NCBI GenBank assembly: GCA_051294375.1
Contig: JBJCIZ010001661.1
Span: 1-64,000 of the forward strand
Length of the DNA: 64,000 nucleotides
Reading direction: 5' to 3'
DNA from: Paraspadella gotoi
Taxonomy: Eukaryota; Animalia; Chaetognatha
The position numbers were made by a program, and so were the translations under genes. Below the pieces are notes generated by a model. It did not search any database. It worked only from the letters and a program-made list of their open reading frames with translations, and was not told the origin of the DNA. Within the stretch, counting starts at the first letter, position 1; the number at the start of each line of letters is the position of its first letter. Shown here piece after piece: positions 12,879 to 25,644 of this stretch.

Positions 12879-15121
12879 TTGCACAGCATTACAACAAAAC
12901 ATTATTTTAAATCTTATATTTGCACAGAATTGCACAGGAATAGGATGGTGCTTTAATAATTAATATTTTTTACAGATAAATTTATTTTTAATCCTCTGGA
13001 AACCGGTTCAAATATAATATGTATCTTTTACATGCATCCCATTAAATCTTTTATAAAGTTCAAAAAATATTTCATAAAAAAGACCTAAAAAGTTAAAACC
13101 TCATTATAAAAAATAATTTTTGACGGTAATTTTATTCCTGTGCAAATCGGTAAAAGGTTTCAAGAATTTTAATTGCTATATTATTATTCCTGTAAAAATA
13201 TGTGCAAATTATTATTTTTCACAGGATTGTTCAGAAAGACAAATAAAGTGTTTGCACAGGATTGCACAACATTATAACAAATAGATATTTTTACTTTTTT
13301 ATTTGCACAGAATTGCACAGGAATAGGATGGTGCACAGATCAATTCATTTTTAAATCCTGTTAAACCTGTGCAAATATAATATGTATCTTTTACGTATAT
13401 CCCATTCAATCTTCAATTCAAAAAACCCTTCATGAAAGAAATCCCTAAATAGTAAAAACTGCACTAAATACTAATATTTTGCTGTTTTTATTTCTGTGAA
13501 AATCTGTGCAAATTGATTTGTTCAGAGAGACAAATAATTGTTTTTTGCACAGGAATGCACAGTATTATAACAAATCGTTATTTTTACACTTTTATTTGCA
13601 CAGGTTTGCACAGGAATCTTTATCCTGTGCAAACCTGTGCAAATATAATATATTTCTTTTAACTATATCCAATTAAATCTTTCAAAAAATTCAAAAGAAT
13701 AACTTTGCCCCTTATCAAATTAAAAATCCTTCATGAAAAAAGCCTTAAAAAGTTAAAACTGCACTAAATACTAATATTGTGCTGTTTCTATTCCTGTGCA
13801 AATCTGTGCAAAATGATTTTTTCAAAGAGACAAACAAATATTTTTTTGCACAGGATTGCACAGTATTATAACAAATCGTTATTTTTACTCTTTTATTTGC
13901 ACAGGTTTGCACAGGAATAGGATTGTGCCATAACAATTTAAAATTTTTCAAAAATTCTTTACAATTTTAATCCTGTGCAAACCTGTGCAAATATAATAAG
14001 TATCTTTTACCTATATCCAATTGAATCTTTTATAAAATTCAAAAGAATAATTTTTCCCCTAATCAAAATAAAATTCGTTCTTCCTAATCTTTTATGAAAT
14101 TAAAAAAAAAATTTTCTAATAAAAATAAAAATCCTTTATGAAAAAAGCCATTAAAAGTTAAAACTGCACTAAATAAAAATATTGTACTGTTTTTATTCCT
14201 GTGGAAATCTGTGCAAATTTTTTTTTCAGAGAGACAAACAAATTGTTTTTTGTACAGGATTGCACAGCATTTCTGTACAAATCTGTGCAAATTGATTTTA
14301 TTATTTTTCACAGGATTGCAAAAGAAGACAATGAGGCGACTTACCTCCGGTAAGGATTGCACCGCATTATAACATATTATTTCTCCTTTTTTTATGCTAA
14401 ATCAGAAATAATATTTATTTTACTGTGCAAATCGGTAAAATGTTTTAAAAATTATAATTGCGCTATTTTTTTCCTGTGCAAATCTGTGCAAATTGATTTG
14501 TTCAGAGAGACAAACAAATGTTTTTTTGCACAGGAATGCACAGTATTATAACAAATCATTATTTTTACTCTTTTATTTGCACAGGTTTGCACAGGAATTT
14601 TTATCCTGTGCAAACCTGTGCAAATATAATATGTATCTTTTACCTATATCCCATTAAAACTTTAAAAAAATTCAAAAGAATAATTTTTCCCCTAGTCAAA
14701 TTAAAAATCCTTTATGAAAAAAGCCTTAAAAAGTTAAAACTGCACTAAATACTAATATTGTGCTGTTTCTATTCCTGTTTTGTTTGTCTCTCCTGTGTAA
14801 ATCTGTGCAAAATTTTTTTTTCTAAGAGACAAACAAATATTTTTTTGCACAGGATTGCACAGTATTATAACAATCGTCATTTTACTCTTTTATATTGCAC
14901 AGGTTTGCACTGCAGGAATAGGATGTGTGCCATAACAATTTAAAAATTTTTCAAAGATTCTTTACAATTTTAATTATTCTTTGAATTTTTTTAAAGATTT
15001 AATGGATATAGGTAAAAGATACATATTATATTTGCACAGGTTTGCACAGGATAAAGATTCCTGTGCAAACCTGTGCAAATAAAAGAGTAAAAATAACGAT
15101 TTTTTATATATAGCTGTTCAT

Positions 15122-15687
15122 TAAGCGTAGTGAAAGTTACATACGAAATTCTAAAAGTCAATTAAAACAACATACATCAGTGAACATTAATTTGTAAAAA
15201 AAAATTAATTATGTTTTTTAATTTTCGCAGTAGACATATATTTATATATATACTATCCTTATAAAATCGAAAAATTTCAAAATAGGCTTTCTTAATTTTG
15301 ATAAAAAAAATATAAATCATTTTTAAAATTCTTTCATTAAGTGGTTAAAAATTAAAAAAACTATATTTAATATATAAAAAGTTAATTTTCAACTTAAAAT
15401 ATAGCTTTTCTAATTTTTGACCCACTTAATGAAGGAATTTTTAAAAAGAGATTATATTTCTTTTTATCAACTTTTTATGACGAATCCAAATCTGCAAAAA
15501 AATCTTAAAAAAAACTGTTTGAAATTTAACATTTTTGGTTTAGTACAGTATAAATATAGGCTTACTGCATAAATTGTAATTTATTATAAATTTTTTTATT
15601 ACATAAATGTTCATTAGTTAATGTGTTTCGTTCCTCACTTTATAGAATTTTAATTAAAGTTAGATTTAGAAATTTTACTATGCCTTA
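15122..15687. mobile_element. Fold-back MITE, hAT-like, copy 2 (small internal deletions)
   Basis: TIRs TAAGCGTAGTGAAA ... TTTTACTATGCCTTA. TSD CTGTTCAT (15114-15121) / CTGTGCAT (15688-15695). Collinear with copies 1 and 3. Confidence 0.88.
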
Positions 15688-16254
15688 CTGTGCATTCCTG
15701 TGCAAAAAAACATTTGTTTGTCTCTCTGAACAAATCAATTTGCACAGATTTGCACAGGATAAAGATTCCTGTGCAAACCTGTGCAAATAAAAGAGTAAAA
15801 ATAACGATTTGTTATAATACTGTGCATTCCTGTGCAATAAAACATTTGTTTGTGTCTCCTGTGTAAATCTGTGCAAAATGAATTTTTTTAAGAGACAAAC
15901 AAATATTTTTTTGCACAGGATTGCACAGTATTATAACAAATCGTTATTTTTACTCTTTTATTTGCACAGGTTTGCACAGGAATATGATTGTGCCATAACA
16001 ATTAAAAAATTTTCAAAGATTCTTTACAATTTTAATCCTGTGCAAACCTGTGCAAATATAATAAGTATCTTTTACCTATATCCCATTGAATCTTTTATAA
16101 AATTCAAAAGAATAATTTTGCCCCTAATCAAAATAAAAATCCTTCATCCTAATCTTTTATAAAGTTAAAAAAAAAATTTTTCCTTATAAAAATAAAAATC
16201 CTTCATGAAAAAAGCCATTAAAAATTAAAACTGCACTAAATAAAAATATTGTAA

Positions 16255-17890
16255 AATGATTTTTTCTAAGAGACAAACAAAATATTTTTTTGCACAGGAT
16301 TGCACAGTATTATAACAAATCGTTATTTTTACTCTTTTATTTGCACAGGTTTGCACAGGAATATGATTGTGCCATAACAATTTAAAAATTTTCAAAGATT
16401 CTTTACAATTTTAATCCTGTTCAAACCTGTGCAAATATAATAAGTACCTTTTACCTATATCCCATTGAATCTTTTATAAAATTCAAAAGAATAATTTTGC
16501 CCCTAATCAAAATAAAAATCCTTCATCCTAATCTTTTATAAAGTTAAAAAAAATTTTTTTCCTAATAAAAATAAAAATCCTTCATAAAAAAAGCCATTAA
16601 AAGTAAAAACTGCACTAAATAAAAATATTGTACTGTTTTTATTCCTGTGCAAATCTGTGCAAATTTTTTTTTCAGAGAGACAAACAAATTGTTTTTTGTA
16701 CAGGATTGCACAGCATTCCTGTCCAAATCTATGCAAATTGATTTTATTATTTTTCACAGGATTGCAAAAGAAGACAAATTATTTTTTGCACAGGATTGCA
16801 CCGCATTATAACATATTATTATTTCTCCTTTTTTTATGCTAAATCAAAAAAAAAGATTTATTTTACTGTGCAAATCGGTAAAATGTTTTAAAAATTATAA
16901 TTGCGCTATTTTTTTCCTGTGCAAATCTGTGCAAATTGATTTGTTCAGAGAGACAAACAAATGTTTTTTTGCACAGGAATGCACAGTATTATAACCAATC
17001 GTTATTTTTACTCTTTTATTTGCACAGGTTTGCACAGGAATCTTTATCCTGTGCAAACCTGTGCAAATATAATATGTATCTTTTACCTATATCCCATTAA
17101 ATCTTTAAAAAAATTCAAAAGAATAATTTTTCCCCTAATCAAATTTAAAATCCTTCATGAAAAAAGCCTTAAAAAGTTAAAACTGCACTAAATATTAATA
17201 TTGTGCTGTTTCTATTCCTGTGTAAATCTGTGCAAAATGATTTTTTCTAAGAGACAAACAAATATTTTTTTGCACAGGATTGCACAGTATTATAACAAAT
17301 CGTTATTTTTACTCTTTTATTTGCACAGGTTTGCACAGGAATATGATTGTGCCATAACAATTTAAAAATTTTCAAAGATTCTTTACAATTTTAATCCTGT
17401 TCAAACCTGTGCAAATATAATAAGTACCTTTTACCTATATCACATTGAATCTTTTATAAAATTCAAAAGAATAATTTTGCCCCTAATCAAAATAAAAATC
17501 CTTTATCCTAATCTTTTATAAAGTTAAAAAAAAAATTTTTCCTAATAAAAATAAAAATCCTTCATGAAAAAAGCCATTAAAAGTTAAAACTGCACTAAAT
17601 AAAAATATTGTACTGTTTTTATTCCTGTGCAAATCTGTGCAAATTTTTTTTTCAGAGAGACAAAAAAATTGTTTTTTGTACAGGATTGCACAGCATTCCT
17701 GTACAAATCTGTGCAAATTGATTTTATTATTTTTCATAGGATTGCAAAAGAAGACAAATTATTTTTTGCACAGGATTGCACCGCATTATAACATATTATT
17801 ATTTCTCCTTTTTTTATGCTAAATCAAAAAAAATATTTATTTTACTGTGCAAATCGGTAAAATGTTTTAAAAATTATAATTGTGCTATTT
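16255..17890. repeat. Recent ~980-bp tandem duplication inside the TGCACA repeat
   Basis: Near-identical text at 16261 and 17241; paired ORFs at 16536/17516 and 16657/17637 are 980 bp apart. Confidence 0.85.
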
Positions 17891-18619
17891 TTTTCAATTC
17901 AATCTTTTATAAAGTTAAAAAAATCCTTCAAAAAAAAAGACATACAAAAGTTAAAACTGCATTATTACAAATAATTTTTGGATGGTAATGTTATTCCTGT
18001 GCAAATTGTTAAAAGGTTTAGAAAATCTTAATTGCATTAGTTTTATTTCTGTATATATCTGTACAAATTGATTTTCTTATTTTGCACAGGATTGCGCAGA
18101 AATATAAACAAATTGTTTGCACAGGATTGGACAGCATTACACAAATAGATAATTTTACTCTTTTAATTGCAGAGAATTGGACAGGAATAAAAATTAATTT
18201 TTTGTTCAGATCAATTCATTTTTAATCTGTTTAAATCTGTGGAAATATAATATGTATTTTTATGTTTATTTCATTCAATCTTCAACACAAAAAAAAAATT
18301 AAAATTGCGCTTTTTTTATTCCTGTGCAAATCTGTGCAAATTGATTTTTAATTTTTGCACAGAAAGATAAACAATTGTTATTCCTGTGCAATTCTGTGCA
18401 AATAAAAGAGTAAAAATATGTATTTATGTAATGCTGTGCAATCCTGTGCAAACAATTTGTTGATATTTCTGTGCAATCCTGTGCAATCCTGTGCAAACAA
18501 TTTGTTTATAGTTCTGTGCAATCCTGTGCAAAATAAAAAAATCAATTTCTTCAGATTTGTACAGAAATATAACTAACGCAATTAAGATTTTCTAAACCTT
18601 TTAACAATTTGCACAGGAA

Positions 18620-19625
18620 TAATATTACCATCCAAAATTTTTTGTAATAATGCAGTTTTAACTTTTGTATGTCTTTTTTATGAAGGATTTTTTTAACTTT
18701 ATAAAAGATTGAATGGGATATATGTAAAAGATATATATTACATAAGTGCAGGTTTGAAAAGGAGTAAGAATGAAAATAGTTTTTGCACAACTTTAAAATT
18801 GAAGTTTTTTTGAGTTGAAGATTGAAAAAAAATTTGATAAAAAATTTAAAATTGCGCTATTTTTATTCCTGTGCAAATCTGTTCAAATTTATTTTTAATT
18901 TTTGCACAGGATTGTACAGAAAGATAAACAATTGTTATTCCTGTGCAATTCTGTGCAAATAAAAGAGTAAAAATATCTATTTGTATAATGCTGTACAATC
19001 CTGTGCAAACAATTTGTTTATATTTCTGCGCAATCCTGTGCAAAATAAGAAAACCTCTATGTTTCGAGTCTTCATTAGCTTATAAACTTAATAAACTTAA
19101 TAAATTTTTGTTCAAAAATTTAACAATTTGAACAAGAATAATATTACCATCCAGAAATTATTTGTAATAATGCAGTTTTAACTTTTGTATGTCTTTTTAT
19201 GAAGAATTTTTTTAACTTCATAAAAGATTGTATGGGATATATGTAAAAGATATATATTACATAAGTGCAGGTTTGAAAAGGAGTAAGAATGAAAATAGTT
19301 TTTGCAAAACTTTAAAATTGAAGTTTTTTTGAGTTGAAGATTGAAAAAAAATTGAAAAAAAATTTAAAATTGCGCTATTTTTATTCCTGTGCAAATCTGT
19401 GCAAATTGATTTTTAATTTTTGCACAGGATTGTACAGAAAGATAAACAATTGTTATTCCTGTGCAATTCTGTGCAAATAAAAGAGTAAAAATATCTATTT
19501 GTGTAATGCTGTGCAATCCTGTACAAACAATTTGTTTATATTTCTGTGCAATCCTGTGCAAAATAAGAAAACCTCTATGTTTCGAGTCTTCATTAGCTTA
19601 TAAACTTAATAAACTTAATAAATTG
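18620..19625. repeat. Recent ~518-bp tandem duplication inside the TGCACA repeat
   Basis: Paired ORFs at 18846/19364 and 18943/19461 are 518 bp apart, with near-identical sequence. Confidence 0.85.
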
Positions 19626-22600
19626 TTATTCAAAAACGAATTTTCATTACACTCCTTAAATATAATGCAGTTATAACTTTTGTAGGTCTTTTCAATTAAT
19701 GATACTGTTATGCAAATATTTTTTGAAAAAATGCTTATTTATTTTTTATTACATATACAAAGGCAGAAAAAAAACATTGTTCCATCGCTCAATCTTTTCA
19801 TCACTCCAACCTACTGTGCAATCATGTGAAAACCATTGGTTTGTCTTTTTTTTCAATCCTGTGCAAAATAAGAAAATCAATTTGCACAGATTTGTACAGG
19901 AATACATAAAAATAACGCAATTAAAATTTTTTTAAACTTTTACCAATTTGCACAGGAATAACATTACCATCCAAAACATATTTTTTTATAATGCAGTTAA
20001 AAGTTTTGTAGGTCTTTTTTTATGAAGGATTTTCGAACTCTATAAAAGATTGAATGGGATATATGTAAAAGAAATATATTATATTAGTGCAGGTTTGAAA
20101 AGGAGTAAGAATAAAAATAATTTTTGCAAAACTTTAAAGTTTTATGACACAATCCTATTTCTGTGCAAATCTGTGCAAATAAAAGAGTAAAAAGCATAAT
20201 TTGTTATAATTCTGTGCAATCCTGTGCAAAAAAAATTGTTTGTCTTTTATCTATTTGTGTAATGCAGTGCAATCCTGTGCAAACAATTTGTTTATATTTC
20301 TGTGCAATCCTGTGCATAATTTTACTCTTTTATTTGCACAGAATTGCACAGGAATAAGATGGTGCTATAAAAATTAATTTATTGTACAGATCAATTCTTT
20401 TTTAATCATTTTAAATATTTGAAAATATAATATTTATTTTTTATATTTATTTTATTCAATCTTCAACTCAAAAAAAAAATTTAAATTGCGCTATTTTTAT
20501 TCCTGTGCAAATCTGTGAAAATTGATTTTTAATTTTTGCAAAGGATTGTACAGAAAAAAACAATTTTTTTTGCACAGGATTGCACAGAATTACAACAAAT
20601 TATGCTTTTTACTCTTTTATTTGCACAGATTTGCACAGAATCAGGATTGTGTCATAAAACTTTAAAGTTTTGCAAAAAATATTTTTATTCTTACTCCTTT
20701 TCAAACCTGCACTAATATAATATATATCTTTTACATATATCCCATTCAATCTTTTATAAAGTTAAAAAAATCCTTCATAAAAAAAGACATACAAAAGTTA
20801 AAACTGCATTATTACAAATAATCTTTGGATAGTAATGTTATTCCTGTGCAAATTGGTAAAAGGTTTAGAAAATCCTAATTACGTTAGTTTTATTTCTGTA
20901 CAAATCTGTACAAATTGATTTTCTTATTTTGCACAGGATTGCGCAGAAATATAAACAAATTGTTTGCACAGGATTGCACAGCATTACACAAATATATAAT
21001 TTTACTCTTTTATTTGCAGAGAATTGGACAGGAATAAAAATTGTTTATCTTTCTGTACAATCCTGTGCAAAAATTAAAAATCAATTTGCACAGATTAATC
21101 CGTTTAAATCTGTGAAAATATAATATGTATTTTTATGTTTATTTCATTCAATCTTCAACACAAAAAAAATTTAAAATTGCACTATTTTTATTCTTGTGCA
21201 AATCTGTGCAAATTTATTTTTAATTTTTACACAGGATTGTACAGAAAGATAAACAATTTTTATTCCTGTGCAATTCTGTGCAAATAAAAGAGTAAAAATA
21301 TCTATTTGTGTAATGCTGTGCAATCCTGTGCAAACAATTTGTTTATATTTCTGTGCAATCCTGTGCAAAATAAGAAAACCTCTATGTTTCGAGTCTTCAT
21401 TAGCTTATAAACTTAATAAACCTAATAAATTGTTGTTCAAAAACGAATTTTCATTACACTCCTTAAATATGATGCAGGTATAACTTTTGTAGGTCTTTTC
21501 AATTAATTATTTATTTTTTATTACATATACAAAGGCAGCAAAAAAATAACATTACCATCCAAAACATATTTTTTATAATGCAGTTATAAGTTTTGTAGGT
21601 CCTTTTTTATGAAGGATTTTTGAACTTTATAAAAGATTGAATGGGATATATGTAAAAAATATATATATATATATTATATATATTATATATATATTATATA
21701 TTATATATATATATATTATATTAGTGCAGGTTTGAAAAGGAATAAGAATAAAAATAATTTTTGCAAAACTTTTATGACACAATCTTATTTCTGTGCAAAT
21801 CTGTGCAAATAAAAGAGTAAAAAGCATAATTTGTTGTAATTCTGTACAATCCTGTGCAAAAAAAATTGTTTGTCTTTCTGTACAATCCTGTGCAAAAATT
21901 AAAAATCAATTTGCACAGATTTGCACAGGAATAAAAATAGTGCAATTTTAATTTTTTTTTTTAGTTGAATAATGAATGAAATAAACATAAAAAATACATA
22001 TTATATTTGTACAGATTTAACAGGATTTAAAAAGAATTGATCTGTACAAAAAATTACTTTTTTTAGCACCATCTTATTCCTGTGCAATTCTGTGCAAATA
22101 AAAGAGTAAAATATCTATTTGTGTAATGCTGTGCAATCCTGTGCAAACAATTTGTTTATATTTCTGTTCAATCCTGTGCAAAATAAGAAAAAGGAGAAAT
22201 AGCAGTTTTTGAATGCTGTATAATCCTGTGCAAAGAACAATTTGTTTGTCTTTCTTTGCAATCCTGTGCAAAATAAAAAAATCAATTTGTACAGATTTAC
22301 ACAGGAATGCTGTGCATTCCTGTTGAAAAAAAAATGTTTTGTCTCTCTGAAAAAATAAATTTGTACAGATTTGCACAGGAATAAAAATAATGCAATATTA
22401 GTATTTTGTGCCATTTTTCAATTTTTATGGTACAAATCTGTGCAAATAAAAAAGTAGAAATATCGATTTGCTGTAATTCTGTACATTTGTACAGATTGTA
22501 CAGATTTGCACAGGATTAAAAATAGCATAAAAAATATTTATTTTAGTACAGTTTTAACTTTTTTAGGTCTATTTTTCACTTGCAAAGTTTGCACAGGATT

Positions 22601-23023
22601 AAAAATAAAAAGAATCTGTGCAAAACTTTAAATTTTTATGGCACAAATTATTTTCCTGTGCAAATCTGTGCAATAAAAAAATAGAATTAACAATTTGTTG
22701 TAATGGTTTATTTGCACAGGTTTGCACAGGAATAGGATTGTGCCATAACAATTTAATTTTTTGATGCTCTTTTTATTCCTGTACAAATCTGTGCATAATG
22801 ATTTTTTTTATTTTTGCACAGGATTGCATAGAAAATCAAACAAATTGTTTTTTGCACAGATTTGCACTGGAATAGGATTGTGACAAAATATTTTAATTTT
22901 TTGATGCTATTTTTATTCCTGTATAATTCAGGGCATAATATTTTTATTTTTATTTTGCGCAGGATTTCATAGAAAGTCAAACAAATTGTTTTTTGCATAG
23001 GATTGCACAGCATTATAACAAAT

Positions 23024-23811
23024 CGGACAGACAGACAGACGGATGGATGGACATCATTTTTTTGCATAACTTATCATAATTTGATGTTCTGACATAATAT
23101 GAGTGAATGTCCAACAAGATTGAGGGTAGCGGTAACCGACCAAATTCAAATTTTAATTGGAACCATATTAAACGAATCCATTATTGGTATTAGTTATTGT
23201 GTTAAAATATTTTTTTGCCAAAATATTTTGCACCATGAGTAATTTGCTAATTAAAATTATTATTTTGCTATATATTGTAAAAAAATTTATGGGAATACTT
23301 TAATTTTTTTATTGATTCTGATAGAGCTTAAAAAGTTAGGAAAAAAATATAATTACAACTTTTTAAAATTTTGATGTTTTGTCACTGAAAATGAGCAAAA
23401 ACTACTAAAATCATCGGATGATAATGATGAGGATGATTTTTAAAAATTTTTCCCAATTTTGACCCACTTATCATCAAAATATTGAAAAAAGAATTATACT
23501 TTGTGTAAACAACTTTTTATAAGCTATCTGAATCTACTTTTAAAAATACAAAATACCCTAAAAATGTTTTGACATTTCCTATCTATAAATAAATATTAAA
23601 AAATTAAATACTAGTGCTTCTAGCCATTTTAGAAAATTTTGGTCCATTGAAAGTTTTCTCAGAAATGTACGAAATTTCATTTGGGAAGGTTCCCAAATCA
23701 AACTTCGGACCCACCCCATTGACAAGTTTGGCTCTATTGAGGGGGCGGAAAACGGACCAACAAAGTGGACTATAGAGTCAGGATATGCCGATAAGCAGAT
23801 ACGACTAAAAA
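23024..23811 (-). mobile_element. 5' end of DINE-1/HINE-like Helentron element (minus strand), with ~600 bp of extra internal sequence
   Basis: Reverse complement of 31867-32060: T-run, AGTCGTATCTGCTTATCGGCATATCCTGACT hairpin, conserved block and (GTCC/GTCT)n microsatellite that abuts the TGCACA repeat at 23023. Confidence 0.8.
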
Positions 23812-24407
23812 CAAAATTTATAAAAAAATGAATTTCTTTACTTTTATTGAGATGGAAAAAAAATTACATTTTCTCTCTCTCTCTCTCTCAGATAAAATGA
23901 TTGATTGGCTGATTGCTCCGATGTTTGAGTGATTAATTGAAATATTTTTTTATTTAATTGTTAATAAAACTGTTATGACTATTTTTAATATTATAAAAAG
24001 TTATAATAAACCAAAACCACTATTTTTTTTATTGCAGTATGATTGATTGATTGATTGATTGATCGCACCAATACAAGACTATTTTCACAAAATTAATGAT
24101 TATAGTCGCATAAAAAATGACTATCATTGCATCAATAAATGACTTATCATCACATCAATGAATCTTATTGATCGCCTGACATGAATTATAATCCATCGAT
24201 ATAAATAAAAAAATTTCTTTGAGAATGTTTAGAAATTTGCAAAATCTATTTGCAAGTAATCAGCTGGTTTGTCTGTCTGTCAGTCTGTCCCAGTTAGTAT
24301 TTAAAAACCAATAACTTGGGTAAAATTTTTTTTTAATTATTGTTTGTTAAAAATAGTATAATGTATAATGAGATGCTTATTCAGCTTAATGCGCACAGAT
24401 TTCATAC

Positions 24408-24490
24408 TTGTGACACAGAATAGCGCCTACTGACCAAGAGATTCTCTAAAGGATCTGTGACACCCAGTGGCGCCCACACCGTGTCACAAA
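24408..24490. repeat. First partial unit of the 183-bp satellite, cut by an N-gap
   Basis: TGACCAAGAGATTCTCTAAAGGATCTGTGACACCCAGTGGCGCCCACACCGTGTCACAAA, with the same ~600-bp upstream flank as the arrays at 44.2 and 51.0 kb. Confidence 0.9.
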
Positions 24491-24767
24491 NNNNNNNNNN
24501 NNNNNNNNNNNNNNNNNNNNNNNNNNNNNNNNNNNNNNNNNNNNNNNNNNNNNNNNNNNNNNNNNNNNNNNNNNNNNNNNNNNNNNNNNNAACTTATTAC
24601 AGGTGCAAATGATAACATGATTTGCTCACAGTGAAACAGATTAGAAATCTCAATAAAATATATAGAATAAAGAATAAAGAATAATTCTTACGGACATAGC
24701 TACCTTCCAGTATTAGGCTGAGGATCCTAAGATATCCTAAGATATTTAGATTGCGACAATAAAAGAC

Positions 24768-24838
24768 AGAGGCAGGATTCGAACTCACAATTTTTTTTTT
24801 CAGTACTATAAAGATAACACCCCGGCTGTTCTGCCAAT
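24768..24838 (-). other. Degenerate tRNA-like/SINE-head remnant
   Basis: Minus strand GAGTTCGAATCCTGCC is B-box-like, with a weak A-box-like TGGCAGAACAG upstream; no cloverleaf. Confidence 0.3.
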
Positions 24839-25573
24839 TAATCATTTTTAAAATTATTTATGAACAAACTTTATAATTCTATTCTCACGTAAAGAAAAAA
24901 AATCTTAATGTTAATAGTTAATGCTAATTCTTGTCACATTATTTTCCCAAACATTTTAGTTGTGAGAAAAAGAAAGAGATACGTGTATATAGTAGCAAGA
25001 AGTATAACATATATTTATAATTCTTGAAAAAACAACTGGCCAGAAAGAATGAGTTTAACTGCAATTGCTAATGAGAGCTAGCATTTATAGATTTTAAAAC
25101 AGACTGTATATCTAAAAAAATTCTGCACCAGTATGGATAAGACTACTATCCTTATCTTCTGTGCCCCATTGTTCCCTCTTGAAAGCATCCTTAAGGGTGA
25201 TTCACAGTCCAAATAGGTCCATTTGCTGCATCAAAGGGAATCGTTCCTGGTACCTAATTATTATGAGCTGATGGCTTTAATCATAAACCTAACAGGTTAA
25301 TACTGGTAGAATCCCAATTGCGAAAAGTTATATTCAGTGGCCAAAAAAACTTTTAAATGAATTTAAAATCTTTAAGAAATATGTAGATATTTAAAACTGC
25401 ATTAAAATAAATAATTTTTTATCGAGTTGCTGTGTAAATCTGTACAACATTTCAAAAATTGTAAATTCACTACTTTTATTCAAATCCCTTGGAAATAAAA
25501 TTAATATAATTTTTATTTAAAATAATCAATCCAGAGCCTTAGAATCTAATAACATTTATAAATAATGTCTCAA

Positions 25574-25640
25574 CATCGAGTCTCGCACCCGAGACTCAGT
25601 GGTCATGATATATCGCCTTTATCGATATCGCCACCGAGAA
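25574..25640 (-). other. Degenerate tRNA-like/SINE-head remnant
   Basis: Minus strand GGTGGCGATATCGATAAAGGCG...GGGTGCGAGACTCG resembles A box, D arm and a mutated B box at tRNA-like spacing; local perfect hairpin GAGTCTCG-CACC-CGAGACTC. Confidence 0.3.
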
Positions 25641-25644
25641 TTTA

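Larger units (their letters stand above)
1..23023. repeat. Complex degenerate TGCACA-core repeat, block 1 (doublets of a 10-bp CTGTGCAAAT unit in alternating orientation separated by A/T tracts); interrupted by inserts and N-gaps
   Basis: Very many copies of CCTGTGCAAATCTGTGCAAA and TTTGCACAGATTTGCACAGGA plus recurring modules such as AAAAGATACATATTATATTTGCACAGG and AATATTAGTATTTAGTGCAGTTTTAAC. Module orientation flips near 12.3 kb, 14.97 kb and 15.85 kb, and repeatedly in 18.3-22.7 kb. Confidence 0.95.

Noticed and set aside
25030-25340. Possible exon or retroelement remnant in a unique island
   Set aside because: The minus-strand frames I translated have early stops and no recognisable motif, and the ORF track lists nothing here.
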